Source: Camelus ferus
Taxonomy: Eukaryota
Direction: 5' to 3'
Length of the DNA: 64,000 nucleotides
NCBI RefSeq assembly: GCF_009834535.1
Contig: NC_045697.1
Coordinates: 10,046,001 to 10,110,000 of the forward strand
Shown here: positions 62,691 to 64,000 of the stretch, piece after piece
Layout of the letters: each line of letters opens with the position of its first letter
Numbering within the stretch: the stretch's first letter is position 1
Translations under genes and position numbers: made by a program
The notes under the pieces: model-generated
Seen by the model: the letters and a program-made list of their open reading frames with translations, nothing else
The model's database searches: none
What the model was told of the DNA's origin: nothing

Positions 62691-64000
62691 GGATGGACCA
62701 GAGTTAAAAACCCAGAGATCAATATCCAAGCAGAACCAGCAGGGACATGAGTTCAGGGTAGCAGACTGAGGGTAGGAACCCATGGAGAGCCCCTAATGGT
62801 GCGGTGTATCAGAGAGGAGAGTAAGAAGACAAATAACACGTGCTCACTGCCCTCAGAGGAGCTCACTGCCCTCAAAGGAGCGCACTGCTCACCACGCATA
62901 GAACAGTTCACACAGGGGACTCTGTAAAGGGAAAGAAGAGGAAAGGAGGGTGTGGGCGAGTATGACAGCCACTAGCTTCACATTTCCAAACTGGAGAACG
63001 GTGCACAGAGATTCCACTAGAGGGATGCATATTGCAATATTATTGGCAAAAGCAAAAGTTAAAAACAATCAAACCATCCGCAATAGGGAATTAGTTGAGA
63101 CAACTTCAGCATATACACATAATAAAACATTTAAATTGCATTGCAGAATTAGATTTTATTATACAGAAATATGAGTAAATATAGAGTAAATGACAAGGGA
63201 TTCCCCCCAAAAGTAATGCAGAGAATCGTGTAATTTAATAAAGAGAGAGAGAAAGAGAGAGACTGTGAATCTTTCCAGATGTAGATCCCAAAATGATAAG
63301 GTTATTTCTGGGTGGTCTGATCACAGCTGATTTTGATTTTCTTTTCTGTTGTTGTTTACCCATCTAACCTCATTTTCCCATGATTAATATGTATTAATTG
63401 TGTGATCTTCTACTTTGGAGTAACTGAGTCAGAATGCACATTTCAAATCCCCTCTCAACAGTATGAAAAAGCACTAGACATCAGAGGCTCTTTCCTCGGA
63501 GCAGGAGAGCAGCCTGCTATTAAATATTATTTTAGGCACATGCAAATATTTAGAAGTCTCAGCTGGGCATGTGGGCAAGCATGTCAGGAGGGCAGCACCA
63601 ACAGCACAGCCAGGAGGTGACCTAGGTGGCCCTAAACTTGAGGGTCAGTAGCACTGTGTGGACTTGGGAAGCAGCCACCAGGGCCAAAATGCCACGTTAA
63701 GTTGCAGCTTGTGCCAGACTCACTCTATCTTCAGCATGTGCAAATTAGGTGTCACTCTCCCATTTTACAGATGAGAATCCTGAAGTTCAGGGAGACTCTC
63801 AATTGTCCAATATACTCTGAGAGTAAAAATGAGACCAGCTCTGCCTAACTCCAAAGTTTCCCTGCATCCATTAATCTTCATACATGTCAGCCTCAAGCCC
63901 AAGCAAGCAGAAGACACCGAGTGAGCAGTTAACCCAGTGGCTGTCACACATTTCTTGTTGTTCTGGAACTACTGGTCTGAATAAAATCTTAATCAGAGGC

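Overview
Mammalian genomic DNA, most likely camelid: it carries three copies of a tRNA-derived SINE with the head GGGGAGGGTATAGCTCAAGTGGTAGAG..CATGCTTAGCATGCAC..GGTCCTGGGTTCAATCCCCAG (Vic-1-like) and cetartiodactyl-type L1 3' ends. The window is mostly non-coding and rich in old interspersed repeats (MIR, L2, MaLR/MLT, ERV LTRs, MER DNA transposons, L1/HAL1) and microsatellites. None of the supplied ORFs looks like a real protein. The best gene signals are on the + strand: a non-repetitive block at ~5.4-5.8 kb ending ATG CCT AGA AAA G|gtaagc (candidate first exon, preceded by a uORF whose stop overlaps an in-frame ATG), a CpG island at ~7.0-7.9 kb, a possible exon/promoter block at ~36.1-37.4 kb, and a 29-nt micro-exon candidate with strong splice signals at 44881-44909. 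The window therefore looks like the 5' end and long first intron(s) of a large gene that I cannot name. I see no convincing new multi-gene system. The most interesting items are this candidate exon chain, a MER41-like LTR with an intact GAS/STAT site, a 23-bp L1 micro-insertion with a perfect 13-bp TSD, and a stack of LTRs nested in an old L2. Repeat family names come from recalled consensus sequences, not from a search, and most boundaries are approximate.
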